Shown here piece by piece: positions 25,429 to 39,125 of a DNA stretch of 64,000 nucleotides. Numbering within the stretch: the stretch's first letter is position 1; each line of letters begins with the position of its first letter. The notes beneath the pieces were generated by a model, which was given only the letters and a program-made list of their open reading frames with translations, was not told the DNA's origin and did not search any database. The stretch comes from the human T2T-CHM13v2.0 reference genome, Homo sapiens, in NCBI RefSeq assembly GCF_009914755.1, contig NC_060929.1; one strand, given 5' to 3'. Both the position numbers and the translations under genes were made by a program.

Positions 25429-28384
25429 AGGGAGAAAAGGTAGAACAAGAAAGAGAACTAACACATTTTGAACACAGCAATTATTAGTGAAAGAGGAAGA
25501 GATATTTTTCAGCCACTCTCTGATTTATTTCATACTGTTCTCTGCAAGTTTTTTAAATAATTGTTTTTTCTTTGTTATACTAACTGAATTTCGAAGAAAC
25601 ATTTTTCTGGAATCTGGGATTATGAAGACATGCTGGAATCCCTTAATGATGAAGGGAAGACAATATTTAATTATCAGAAAACTTAAAGAGAAGCAGTTTT
25701 ATATTATCCACGTTAAGAATATATCATTTCTATATGATACATCTAGCGTAAAAACCAAAAGCCCTTAGTAATTCATGATTAAGTAGAAAATAAAAATTTT
25801 ACTTATATCATAGGATAACATGCATTTGACTGTAAGTTCCATGATAGAAGCAAGGAGTCTTTTTTGCTTACCATCATATCAAGGCAAAGGGAAATTGGGA
25901 CTAGGAAAAGAAGATGTGAAACCCTTCTCTCCACCCACCTCATGTTGTGGTGGCTGCCTCCTGCCTGGTCCCCAGGGGTGGTGGCAGTGGTGTGGCCCTC
26001 AGAGGATATCAGAGGCTGGGATCATGCCTTCCAGCCAGGCTCAGTGGGTCCAAAGGTCAGGAGCCTTGGTCCAGCCCAAAGCTTGTGCGTGTTTAGTGCT
26101 TATTTCATCGTACATATACATCGTGCCTGTTCTTCATTTGCTGTACTTTTGTAGGTTAGTATCACTGTTGGCATAATAATGAGCCAACCTCAAGGAATTT
26201 CCATATATTCCTATTTATACATCATGATTGCACTTTGTATTTGAAACTCACTTTTCTTACACTTTTATTTCCTTGGTATTCATAGCACGTTCTGAATTTT
26301 CGTTTCATATATCTTTTATTTTCCCTTGAGAGGGAGGATAATTTGAATATAGATTTACTTAAGCAAGCCAGTTATGCAAGAATCCATATTTATTAAAGAA
26401 GCAAAGCTAAGGAGTGCTTATTGATTTTATAACAGGATTACTTATATGTTAGATAAATTTTATAGGATGTGTTTACACTGTGGATGCTTTAATATATTTA
26501 AGTTGTGATACAATTTGAAAAATTTTAGATTGCACCTAATACAGCAAATCATCTATGCCAAGTGTGTAATCAATAGCAATGTGGATTTGTTATGTAACTG
26601 AGTCTTTTTAAGTATAATTCAGAAAGTGTATATTGGAGTCTGGAATTAAATTGCATTTAGGATCTAATCTGAGAAGCTCAAAGGAAAAACAGCAGGTTAC
26701 CAGCTGCCCGGTTTCTGGCTGTGGGAGAGACTAATTGTTAGGAATTTGGATCTCTGTTCTGACTGTTTGTCTTCAGGGAACATAGGGTATTAATTTTTTT
26801 CCACAGGAAAAGAAAAAGGAGACTGTACCATTGTCCATTCTGTATAGCATGAAGCTATTGATTGAGTAGAATCCATCTCTTAGGTTTCGCAAGCCATTGC
26901 TTACCTCTTTCAAAGGCATTAAAATTGGAAGGAATGGGAGTAAGGATTGGGAGGAGCTAAAAATAGGAAAGTGCCTAAGGTGACTAAATCCTAAAGCAAA
27001 TCTAAATGCATTTCTCACCCTGCTTTCCTTTCTCCTCCCTGGTCCCTTCCCAGGCCTGACACCTATACCTTGGTAGAGTTTTGGTAGGGCCAGTGAACAA
27101 AACACCAGCATTAACATTTAATGCAGGACATCAGACTTTAAAAATGCAATGGCAATTTCTAGAACAAAAATACAAGAAAGTTAGAGACATGGAACTTACA
27201 TGTTGGTAACTAACAATTTGACTGTAATGGTAGAATGAGACCTAGGTTCATTTTCAGCATTTTGGAGCTGTTTTGTGGAGGGCATTGGGAGAACAGAGGT
27301 ACAGGGAAGCCCTATCATAACATGAATTTCTCTTGGAGATTTGATCAAAGGAGCATAAAAAAGAAGAATTTATTTAAAAATAAAAAGTGACAGCCATCCA
27401 TTAACTGTCTCTATCCTCTTCTTGATTCCATCATCTGTACCCTGTATTCTGTTTATTCTAAGCAATGGGTTTATGTCGAATATGATACTTTAAGTTGATT
27501 AAATGTTGGCTAGAGGCACCACTCACTAATGTTTCACTTGGCATCTTGGCAGTGATTTTTCTCTTAATTTCCCCAATCCTTGCATGTTTGATCCATTACT
27601 TACAAAGATAACGAGGCTCTGCTCATTCCAAATGTTTGTTTTTTAGGGAGGGGGTAGTTTGTGAAAGATACTAATTCTAGGCATCTATTAAACCACCAGT
27701 AATCAATCTTTGAAACCGTGTAAGACAATGAGAAAATCAGCATCCCCAATGAGAGTCACACAGGACAGACTCCTCCTATGTTCTTGCAGCACAGAATGAG
27801 GAATCTGCTAAGTTATATGAACTGAAGAGAATCATATATCTGTAGCTTGACTTCAACAAGAGCACTGCTCTGGTTCTAAGAGATTCTCTTTAAAGAGTAA
27901 GGAGAAACCCAGTGAGTTGGTGCCATGGAAGGAGGATGTACACATCATCACTTGGAGACAGTCCAGGGAGAGACAGAGCTGGGCTGATCCTAGTTATCTG
28001 TAAAACAGAAATGATTATCATGGCCTCTTCCTAGGGCAGCAGGAATGAGGAAATGAGGGATAAATGAAAAGGACTTAAGTGGGCCAGGTGCATAGTTAGT
28101 GCTCAGAAGCATCAGGTATTAAAAATAATAACTACTGGATGGTAGGCCACAACATTATTATGTTTTCAGGGTGCAACAAGCTGGGCAGGCTGGGAGCAGA
28201 GGGAGGGGATGTGCTTTCTGTTTTTGCAGCAATAATCACAGCATGCTTTCTTTGAGAATAATGTGCATCAATTTTTACCTTTCCTAGGAGATGAGAGATC
28301 CCAATGGCCAGACTCTGGGCTAGTTATTTTTGAAACCCCTCTCAGCATCTCGTGAATGTCTGGACATGGAAGCGAATGTGAGAG

Positions 28385-28990
28385 GGTGGGAAGAGCAAGC
28401 ATTTTGGCCTCAGGCAGAATCTGGGTTGGCCTCTGCTTCTCCTACTTCACAGCTGTCTGCAGTGAAGTAGATGTCCCAGGTACCCCTCAAGTAAACATTG
28501 GCTTCCTGGCCATTGAGAGTGTTGTCTGCAGCTGGCTTTCAGCCATCAGCTTCTTTGGGGAATGCTTGAAAACACCTGCCAGCCTGAGGTTGTGCCCTTG
28601 TGAGGGTGGCCCACATCCATGACTGATAGAGTTGAGGGTATAAACTCCTTCCATTTTGATCAATTGCAGGCAATTCTGACAGCCGTTTCAGTTCCAGGGT
28701 GTCTGTGAGTTTGCTAGTTGTTGGACTTGCATAGCAGGTTAGCTTCTCCCTGTGCCCAGCACCACTTCTGTCTTTCCCTACAGGAACTGATCCTGAGGGC
28801 ACTCCCTAATAAACACAACCTCATTTCAGAATCTGCTTCCTGGAGAACCCAAGCTGCAACACTGCATGAGCTTAGCCTAATTATTTAGCTTGCTCAGTTT
28901 TCCAATCTGTAAAATGGCAGCAGCAATGGCCAACCTCCTTGTTTGGTTGCTGGCCTTGGTGCTGATTAGATGTGATGACCTCTAAAAAGA
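28385..28990 (+). mobile_element. MIR split by an LTR insertion
   Basis: 5' half (aggcagaatctgggttggcctctgcttctcctacttcacagctg) and core half (ctcagttttccaatctgtaaaatgg) flank the LTR. Confidence 0.65.
28463..28861 (+). mobile_element. ERVL solo LTR, LTR16-like
   Basis: TG...CA ends, gggtataaa TATA-like box, AATAAA at 28808, terminal cagaatctgcttcctggagaacccaagctgcaaca. Flanks ctgcag / ctgcat. Confidence 0.75.
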
Positions 28991-29236
28991 ACCTGGAATC
29001 AAGCTAATCTGGTGCTTAGCCATCAATGAGTAGTAGGCAGCAGCAGCAGCAGTAATGTATTTTGCTAAATTTGCATAATTTTAGATAAGCTTTTAGAAAT
29101 GGTGTAAAAATGCTTTGGGAAATATGTTCCTAATCAAAACCCAAATGACCTATGAATTGAGTAAGGCAAGAGTTGGATCATACATGTGTAAGACTGTCAG
29201 AGCCCAAGTCTGGTTCTGATTGACTGCCCTGACACT

Positions 29237-29366
29237 CAGGCTGGAAGACAATGGCATGATCATAGCTCACTGCAGTCTTGAACTCCTGGCCTCAAGCGAT
29301 CCTCCCAGCTTGGCCTCCCAAAGGAGGAATCTTGGCTGGGATTGTAGGTATGACCCACTGCCGCGA
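29237..29366 (-). mobile_element. Alu monomer (FLAM/FAM-like) fragment
   Basis: atcatagctcactgcagtcttgaactcctggcctcaagcgatcctccc, single arm only. Confidence 0.75.
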
Positions 29367-29429
29367 AGCTGTTTTAAATGACACATCTCAGAGCCAAGTC
29401 TCCCAGCCCCAGTACCTCATCCAGATATA

Positions 29430-29720
29430 ACCATCTATCCAAAAAACAACTCTGATCACTTCACTCTCTGCCTGAAATTCCTGGTGGCTTCATCCTCTGA
29501 GGATGATTTCATTCATCCTCAGAATGAAATCCTGGTTCCTCTGTGGACCCTTCAGTAGCCTCGATGTACCTTCCTAGCCTTGTCTTCTATTCTCCCTGCC
29601 ATGGGAGCCCCAACAGTGCCATGCTCGTTCTCATCTCCACGTATTTACACATGCTGTACCCTCTGCCCAGAGTGCCTTTCCTACCCCTTCCCTGCCTGGC
29701 AAACTCCTATTCAACCCTCA
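29430..29720 (+). mobile_element. L2 fragment
   Basis: tctgatcacttcactctctgcctgaaattcctggtggctt...catgctgtaccctctgcccagagtgcctttc...ggcaaactcctattca. Confidence 0.65.
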
Positions 29721-30241
29721 GGACCTGGTTCACAGGAATGGCTTCTCAGGTCGCAAGGAGCTCCCATAGGACCCCATACATGTACAAATATCCCTCAGTC
29801 ATGGCTGAACTTCATCCTAGCAAGATACTGGAAGCCTACGCTACACTGATGAGTGCAGTTAGAAAGTTCTGCTAATGCCTGAGGGTCTGAGCTCCTGAAG
29901 GTTAATGGAATAGCAGCCTTTGAAAACCCTTGAGACACAGTTCCTCAAATCACTCCTTGGCATAAGTAAGAGGGAAAAATACAAGAGTAGGCATATAGAG
30001 AGCTGGTTATCTTAGATTATCATGCCACTCTTTGTCTAGAGTGTTTTGTTTCTTAGAGAAGCCCACTTCTGCTACCCAGGCGACCTGGAGGGCCGCCGTT
30101 TTCCTCTAACTCTGACCAGCTTCATGGTACCTTGATAATATGGATCCGACCATGCTACATCTAAGTTTTGTGGTCTTGAAGAAATGCACTTCTACAGCTC
30201 CATGTCTTTGAATCTCTTCGACCACCCCCCAGATGAGAAAC

Positions 30242-30700
30242 GGTATTGGTTTCCAAGGGCTGCTCTAACAAATTACTACAAACTTGGATGCTTGAAACAA
30301 CAGAGATTTATAAATTCTGACATTTATTATCTCACAGAAATCAAAACCAAGGTGTTAGCAGGGGTGGTTCCCTCTGGAGGTTATGAGGGAGACTGCTTTT
30401 ATGCCTCTCTCCTAGCTTCTGGTGGCAGCCAGCAGTCCTCGGCATGCCTTTGCCTCAGTCTTCATAGGTCCTATCTATGCCCCTGTCTTCACGTGTCCTT
30501 CTTCTCTTTGTCCCTGCACTTTCCTCTCTTCTGTCTCTCATAAGGACATGATTCATTGTATTTAGGGGCCACTCTAAATCCAAGATGATCTCATTGCAGC
30601 ATACTTAATTATTTCTGCAAAGACCTTATTCCAAAAGAGTCATATTTTGAGGTTTCCAGTGGACATAACTTTTGAGCGAGTCTACTTTTCAACCCAACAC
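30242..30700 (-). mobile_element. MaLR solo LTR, MLT1C-like
   Basis: gtattggtttccaagggctgctctaacaaattactacaaacttgg ... ttcaacccaacac. Confidence 0.85.
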
Positions 30701-31089
30701 GGATACTAACACCCACAGTTGGACTGCACTTGTACTTCTTTCCCTCCATGGGTTATTGCAGACTGTTCCATGTATTCTTTAAGGCCAGAGAGTCTGTGGG
30801 GTTTCCCTTCTCTTGCCTGCTTAGGCATTACTAAGCTCTGTAGTGTACAACATATGAAGATAGCTTCTTGGTAAGTATTTATGGTAACATAGGAAAATAA
30901 AGCAAAACTACAAAAATTCAGAGTGAAGAAACATATGGGAATTTCACCCTTGTTGAAACAAAACTATCATCCATAGAGCAAACAGAGAAAGTGTTCTTGC
31001 CGGACGATTGCAGATAGGTAAGGCAACTGAACTTCTATTCTTGATACTCCTTGCCTAGTTTACAAACAGGTGATATGTTCACATTAAAG

Positions 31090-32640
31090 AGAAAGAAAGA
31101 GAGAGAGAGTTTCATAGGATTTTCAGTGCATACACTTTTCCTCTAGCCACTTGTGAGTTCTCTCATTGTTTGTAGAAGTTTTTCATTTGATCCCCTTAGG
31201 TTTTCCGGGTAAGTAGTCATGTCATTTTCAAGTAGATTTCCACTTTACATATTTTAAAACTTTCTTCTCTTTCCAACTGCTTTGCCTTGTTCCTCCAGGA
31301 AGAAAAGAATTATCAAGGCAGTCATAGTAGACACATTTGTCTAATTTTTTATTTAGTAGGACTAATGTTTTCCCTTTAAGCTTTCTCCTGGCTTTTGGGT
31401 TAGGTTAATTAAGTGTTATACTGTGAAGGAAGTAGCCATTGGTTCTTATTTAGGGACTCCTTTGTTTTTGTTTTTGTTTTTTTAAGTGTAAATCTAGAAC
31501 TGTATCAAAAGACTTTTTAAAACAAATCATTCGTGGACAAGACTGTATGATTTCTCTCCTTTTGTAATGTGGGACAATTCTTGGATTTTCAGAATTCTCC
31601 TCAATAGGTCATGTTGTGTTTTTCTTTAATTCGTGGCTTGATCCTTTTGAGCAATAACTCAATAAGGATTTTGCACATATCTCAATAATAATAATAACAA
31701 ACACTTATGCAGCTCTGGCCATGGGTCAGAGATGATTCTGAGTGCTTTATTCATGAGCTTCTTTAATCTCAAATGTTTTTATATACACATTTATATGTAA
31801 ATATGTGTATATAAACATTTGATATGTATACATATATATGTATATATGTATATAAACATTTGATATATATACATTTGATATATACATATATAAACATATA
31901 TGTATATATACATGTATATATACACATATATACATATATGCATATACACACTATATTAAATATTGTTTTCTATTTTTCCTGTGAAAATATTTCTGTTTAG
32001 ACTTACTTTCTCTTCAGGACGTTGTTTTTGTCAAAGATATTTTCATATAAATGCAGTCTCTTTCATTCAAGGTTTAAATTGTATTTCATAAAGTTGAGTA
32101 ATCTCTTCTCAATGTTAATTCCCTCTGTATTTGCGCTTGATTTTGCCTGGTTAGTTTCTTATTTTTGGGATTTGCTCTTTCTCCATTGATTCATGATTCA
32201 TCTGGCTGATGATTTGTTTGTTTTACTTTATTTCTTCAAGAAATGAATTTGGGATATATTTATTATTTTTATTGTTTTACCATTTTTATCTTGATTTTTT
32301 AATTAATGTTTTCATTTTGGTTCTCTTTTGTTCTGTATTTCTAACATCTTAGGTTAGATGCTTAACACACATTTTTTTCTTTCCCATTTATTTACATAAA
32401 TATTGTGGCTATACATTTTTCTTCAAAAATAGCTCTCCCTCTATGTGTCTGATGAGCTCATTATCATTATTTTCTATATATTTTGCTAATTTGGTTGGGA
32501 TTTACTTTTGACATAAAGAAACCTGTATTTTATTTTCAGGCAATAGGAGATTTATTTTCTGTTTTTATTATTAATTTTAGTTTTACTGCATCAAGATTAG
32601 AAATTGTCTATGTCCTTTCTTTTTGTCAATGTGTTCTTAT
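31090..32640 (-). mobile_element. Highly degraded L1M fragments
   Basis: T-rich antisense L1-like segments such as tttgatccccttaggttttccgggtaagtagtcatgtcatttt. Confidence 0.55.
31780..31950. repeat. AT-rich (TA/TATACA) low-complexity tract
   Basis: Recurrent tatataaacatttgatatatatacatat units. Confidence 0.92.
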
Positions 32641-33823
32641 CATATGAACTACATGTTGGTATGACCGTTGCTGCTTATTTTCACCATTAGCACCAGAACT
32701 TAGTGAGCATTTATTGTGTGTAAATCCCCATATCACATGGTGCTCATCAGTCCTAGTGGTTCCCATAGCCAATGGAGATGCTGACTGTGGGATCTTCATG
32801 CTGCTGAGATAGACTGTCTCCTGCAGATATTCCTTGATAATGTCATTTTCTCTGGAGTCCAGCCTCCTGAGTCTCCTGAATCCAGCAGGGGCTCCTGCCA
32901 GCGTTCATACCATTGTCAACTCATTGACTTGGCTTTCCTACCTCTGGGCAGGCCCCTCACTTTGGACAAGCACATCTCTGCTCCCTACTGACACCTGCCT
33001 TCTAATCTGTGTTCTCTTCTAGTGTCTTTTCTTGGCTTCTACTCCTGGGCACTGCTAGCTTTTGGTAGCCATCACACCCATGCTGGTGGCTGAGGGTTCT
33101 GTCAATTATGTAATGTTGTTGGAAACATAAATTGCATGCATGTTTCTCATTCTCTTTCGTGTTCTGAATAATTCCCACATGGAGAAGAGGAAATGTTGTC
33201 TTTGTGTGTTTAACTGGAAATGGTTTTTAACCTTTTCTTTAGTTTCTTAAAAATTTATTTTTTATGCCATGTCTGAACCTCAAACTCTAGACCGAGATAT
33301 TAAACATAAGATGAGGGAGGGATGAAGAAAAGCAAAGATAAAGAGAGTGAGCAGAGTTTTATCATAATTTAAGATACTTTTCTAAGATCTCTAGCCATTG
33401 GCTGGTTTATCTGGTTTAGTAGAAGTTTAGCAGGTTTGAGTCTCAGCGTTGTTTTAAGGACTCATGCAGCTCAGCCTGATGTTCTAATCCCTGGGCATTC
33501 CTGCTTTCTTTTCCTCTTTTGAATTGCATCTGCCAGAAGACAGACCTGTTTCTGGGCAGACGAGAAGCAGAGCTAAGGCAGTGTGGCGGTGTCAGTGTCC
33601 CTGGACTTAAGTGGCCAGTGGTAAATCACTGATCAGAAGATAAAGGTTGATGTGGTGGGGGCCTCCCCCTGTTATATTCCTGCTGTAACCTGCTCTTGGT
33701 TATTATTAGTTTCTACAGGACCCCTCGTATCATAGTCATATCATATTTCACTCTGCTTATTTCTATGTGTTTCCCACCTCTCCTTCTGTTGCACATTCCC
33801 TGGGCCTTGAGATGAGCTTCTGA

Positions 33824-34123
<300 letters not shown>

Positions 34124-34504
34124 ACCAAAGCTTTATAACAGTTTTATTTGCAGTGAGTACACATAGTATTAAATGGATGCATGATTGACTAAATCTAGAG
34201 TGTTTGAATAAATGCATCACTCTAATGCATGATCAAATGTAGACAAATAAAAAGCCTCTAGGTGTCTTCAGAATCTCCAAACCAGGGCAATAATAGGCAG
34301 TTCTTTCTTGTTGCATTCACCATCTCCAAGCATGACAGCTAAATGTAAAGTAGCTGAGTTAGTGGCATCCTTTAAAGGTAATCATGAAAAATGACCACGC
34401 TTCCGGCATCCTCAAACTTTGATGTTATTCTCTTGTTTTCTTCAAGATGAGTCAGATCCATACATGGATTTACATCTCTTTCTGAGCTCTTCACATTTAT
34501 AGTA

Positions 34505-34650
34505 TTATAGAAGGATTGGAGGGAGGATACGAAGGTGATTGAAACAATAAGAAATCGGATATGCAAAGAGAAGTTCAAAGATCTGGGATTTCTTGTCACT
34601 GGCAGAAAAATGAGCTAAGTTTGAACTGTTGCTAATGATATTAACATGAC
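34505..34650 (+). mobile_element. CR1/L3 3' ORF2 relic
   Basis: Conceptual translation ...IETIRNRICKEKFKDLGFL resembles the recalled CR1 motif MIKGLENxSYEERLKELGLF. Confidence 0.45.
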
Positions 34651-35520
34651 CCATAGAAAGTATCGTGGCTGGTGTGTGATTCCAAGCAGCCCCCACGATG
34701 TTTGTCTCTGGAACAATAGAGATCACCTAACTTTAGCTATTTAACCAGTCAGAGAAGGTCGCCATTTTGATTTCCTATTAATATGGAATAAAAGGCATTT
34801 TCAAACATACTATAGGAGATGCTGAGGGCATTAATTGGAAGTAAACTGTCCTACATCTAGCTCAAGAAGTTTTGTCAGTGCAGTATTTTACTGCTGCAAG
34901 CTGTGGCTTATAAAACTCTGATGTAAGGCTTATTAACAGGTTGAAGACTGTGTTTCCTGATTTAGTACAAAGGAGTTTCTCTGAGGCAAAGCTGGGCTTT
35001 CTTCTGGCCAATCCTCCAGACTTTCCCTGCTGAAGATTATCCAGACCTTTATGGGGTGGAAGTCCTATATTGCAGACATGGGGGTGCCCCCAGTGGAACA
35101 CATTTCCACCCTCAGACCAATCGTGTAGGGCAGATTTGGCCATTACAGTATTGGAGATGATAGTCGTTTAGACAGGGGTGGATGGATCCCAGCCAAGAAC
35201 AAGAGGCGACTTGAAACTCTCACCTGTGCAGGTGGAGTGCACCACTCGTCACTGTCATCCCCCCCACATGCCCCAGAGTCGGTTCAGGAACAGTGGGGTC
35301 AGTTGATTCTCACCTTGATTGATTGCCTCCCTTGAAGAATTTTCTCAGATGACTTTAGGAACTGGGATCTTACCCATGCAATACCTCAATATATCATTGC
35401 AAATTAGTTTCCCAACATTTTTAGTTCTTTTTGTTGCTTGATCTTCTGTATATCAAAACCCATTCTAGATTTTTGACTCAGCTGGAGTTTACCTTTACCT
35501 ACTTACCTAGCAGTGTTTTT

Positions 35521-35709
35521 CATTCTCAGCGAACTATCACAGAAAACCAAACACCACATGTTCTCACTCATAAGTGGGAGTCGAACAAGGAGAACACAGG
35601 GACACAGGGAGGGGAACATCACACACCGGGGCTTGTCAGGGGGTGGGGGGCTAGGGGAGGGATAGCATTAGGAGAAATACCTAATGTAGGTGATGGGTTG
35701 ATGGGTGCA
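35521..35709 (+). mobile_element. L1PA (about PA7/8-like) 3' fragment without poly-A
   Basis: catgttctcactcataagtgggag...ggggctaggggagggatagcattaggagaaatacctaatgtaggtgatgggttgatgggtgcag. Confidence 0.9.
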
Positions 35710-36134
35710 GGAATAGTTTTTTTCTTATAAATAAGGTTTCACGTTGATCTAACATATTTAGAGTAAGAACAGTCATTTCTAATCAAAATTTGACTTAAAG
35801 TAATCAATAAATCACAGTTATTTACTGTCTTTAATTCTGTATCCTATAGAAATAAAAGAATTTTGTGGATTTTGATTAAAAGTCTCACTGACTGTGTAGA
35901 AATTTTATTCTGGTTTTAGATTCTTATAGGAAATCTTACAAACTATTTTGAACTTACATTTTGGACCAATTTAAAATTCTCATTTCTTATTTACTATGTT
36001 TTAAAATCTAATATTCATAACATCTGCAAAGTAAAAACATTTCCATTTAATTACAGGACTTTTGATTTATACATAATTTAAAATTCATTTTTATTCCTGG
36101 CTCCAGGTTTCAATACATGTTTGTCTTAAGTGTT

Positions 36135-36960
36135 AGAAAACTCATTGTCTCCACTTCAGTGTCCCATAAGCTTTCAAATTAAGCATTTCCCAAAGTCAAC
36201 TCAGTATTTTCCTGCTCAAGTGTCCTCTGTCTCTGTAGATGGCACCACCATCCTCTGTACTTCCCAGCCTTTCAGTGGAGACCCACTTGTCGCCTCCTCC
36301 ATCACACTCACCCCTCCATCTTGTTAGGCACCAGATTCTGTTTATTGCACATTCTTTGCTGTCCTCCCAAGTCACTTTCCTGCTATTCATCCTCTGCCTC
36401 TGCCCTGGGTCAGAATGCATCACTTACTGCCTGGGGAGCTGCGGGAACCCCCAGCCTCATCCTTTGCTTTCCAGGTGCTCATTCTAAAACTCAAGTCTGC
36501 CTTTAGAATCCTTCAATAGCTTTCTAGTACCTGCAGAACAAAGTAGTCCACATCTCTTGGTGCGGCATGCAAGGCCCTGTAGGACATGGCCCTGCAGCCT
36601 CCACAGCCTGGCCCCTCCCTTCCCTTGCATGGATTCTGAGCTCTGCAGATGCTGGGCTCCTCACAGGGCCCTGATTGTGCTTGGCCATTCCTCTCCTCAC
36701 TGTTGTTAAGTCTGTTCTATCTCCATCTGGGGCATGCCAGCACTGTCACCTGGCCAGTGCCTAGGTGTCACCCACAGAAAGTCTTTGATAGCCCACGAGC
36801 CCATCCCAGGAGCTCACATTCGAGCTCTCAGAGCAGTCATAATTCTCCTCTCACCTGAATAACACTGGACTCTCTTTCCTGACTCCATCTACCCTGGGAG
36901 CTCCGTGAGGGAAGGAACTTTGTCTTTGATCTCGGGTACATAGCAGATACTGCTTACTGG
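36135..36960 (+). mobile_element. L2 fragment
   Basis: ctctgtagatggcaccaccatcc...aatccttcaatagctttc...gggagctccgtgagggaaggaactttgtct. Confidence 0.7.
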
Positions 36961-37034
36961 TCAGACATAATATAAAATATTTTTTGTTGACTCTCCCAGA
37001 ACAAAAATACATGTTTCCCTTTTTCAAAGATAGC

Positions 37035-37275
37035 ATGATCCATAATAGAAACAGCTTTAATTTTGGAGCCAGGAAGACTTGAGCTCCAATCCCAGTTCTG
37101 CATGAATTGGTTGTATGAATTTTAGTAAGTGATTTAGCTTCTCTGGCCATCTGTTTACTTATCGGTAAAAGAGGACCAATAATGGAATACGACTGAGGAT
37201 TAGGGATTGGGAGTATGTAATTCCCAGCTAAATGCTTGGCTCATGTTAAGTGTCCAATAAACGGTGGCTGTTTAT
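37035..37275 (+). mobile_element. MIR
   Basis: ttggagccaggaagacttgagctccaatcccagttctg...agtaagtgatttagcttctctgg...gttaagtgtccaataaacggtggctg. Confidence 0.8.
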
Positions 37276-37643
37276 TAGGTTATGGCTTTCTTTCTCTCTG
37301 GCTTATTTTTTGTTTATTTTTCAGTAACACACACATTATCAGCCTTTAAGGTTAGGAAAGAACTTCTGCTTGAAATATTTAAATGGGAGAAAACATTTGA
37401 GTTTTCTCATTTAAACTTTAACATTTTAAATGTTAATACATTTAAACATCAAGCAAGATATCCCATAATGGTTTTCTAGAACAGCTAATTGATTAATCAT
37501 ATAAACCTTAATGGGAAGAAATGCAACATTATGTCAATTAGATCAACAGTTAAATGTCCAAAACTGCAGAAACCATTATGTAGCATGAAAGGCAAGCAGA
37601 AAGAGTAGTTCACTGGTTTTCAACACAAATTTTTTGAATATAA

Positions 37644-37974
<331 letters not shown>

Positions 37975-38467
37975 TCTTGAGTATAAATTTTAGCCACATT
38001 GTATTTTTACAAATCAGAGTACAGTTTTGATAAATCTGTCTCTTGTTAATTAAGATAATTCATTACATTGATGTCAATTGCAAGTTCATTGAGCTATCCA
38101 GCAGACATATTTTAAGCAACTGCTATATTCCAGTACTTTTCAAAGGACTACCAAAATGCATGGGATTAAAAAAAAAAAAATAAAACCTCATGCACCTTAG
38201 CATCTACTAGGAAACCTGTGTTCTTAACCTCCAGAAATGTGGATTCACTACAGTTTGCAGACAGTAACTGCTTCCTTTATAATAGAATTGTTCACTAAAT
38301 AATTAGCCATAGTCAAGTCATGCATACTGTACCAGATTCTGCATTTAGAACCCAGAGGATGCCTTAAAGTAATATTGGGTCTTTCCAATCACTCAACTGT
38401 GAAGTTGTCAATAGGTATTTCGAGTGAGATTATGAGCAGCAATGGAAGATTTGTGCATGTTCCAGAA

Positions 38468-38664
38468 CAGGGATTGACAGTCATTTTCTGGGAAGAGTCA
38501 GAAAGGAGACATTTTCAGACTGTGGGCCATCTAGTGTAGGTGGCTACTACTCAGCTTGGCTCTAGGAACAGCTAAGGACAGCACGTCAGCAAATGGTGTG
38601 ACTGTTGGCCAACAAAACTTTATGTACAAACATAGGCAGTGTTCGGGCTTGGCCCATGGGCCTG
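38468..38664 (+). mobile_element. MER58A-like hAT-Charlie MITE
   Basis: caggg...cctg ends; internal ctactactcagcttggctct, ccaacaaaactttat and ttggcccatgggcc. Confidence 0.75.
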
Positions 38665-38840
38665 CTCTAGGATAATAAACCGTAATCGTATTTCCACTTT
38701 CAGGAGAATAATTTATCACCCCACAAAGTCCTTGACTCTCTGCTGTTAAAATTATGTTACTAAACACAGTTAATTATTGTTTCAAAAACTTATAATATGC
38801 AACTTCCAAAACAACTCTTTCTCTTGAAAATATACTCCTC

Positions 38841-39125
38841 GCAACATGGATGGAGCTGGAGGCCATTATCCTTAGCAAACTAATGCAGGAACAGAAAACT
38901 GAATACCACGTGTTCTCACTTATCAGTGGGAGCTAAATGATGAGAACACATGGACACATAGAGGGAAACAACACACACTGGGGCCTCTCAGAGGGTGGAG
39001 GTTGAGAGGAAGGAGAGGATCAGGAAAAATAACTAATGGGTACTAGGCCAGGTGATGAAATAATCTGCACAACAAACCCGCATGGCCCATGTTTACCTAT
39101 GTAACAAACCAAAAAAAAAAAGAAA
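38841..39125 (+). mobile_element. L1PA (about PA13-16-like) short 3' insertion
   Basis: gcaacatggatggagctggaggccattatcc...gaggatcaggaaaaataactaatgggtactagg, with A tail. TSD gaaaatatactcctc / gaaaacataccctc. Confidence 0.9.

Noticed and set aside
29036-29052. (CAG)5 run
   Set aside because: Too short, and non-coding, to suggest an expansion locus.
35000-35125. Two CCAAT boxes about 110 bp apart
   Set aside because: These are short motifs with no CpG island or other promoter evidence.
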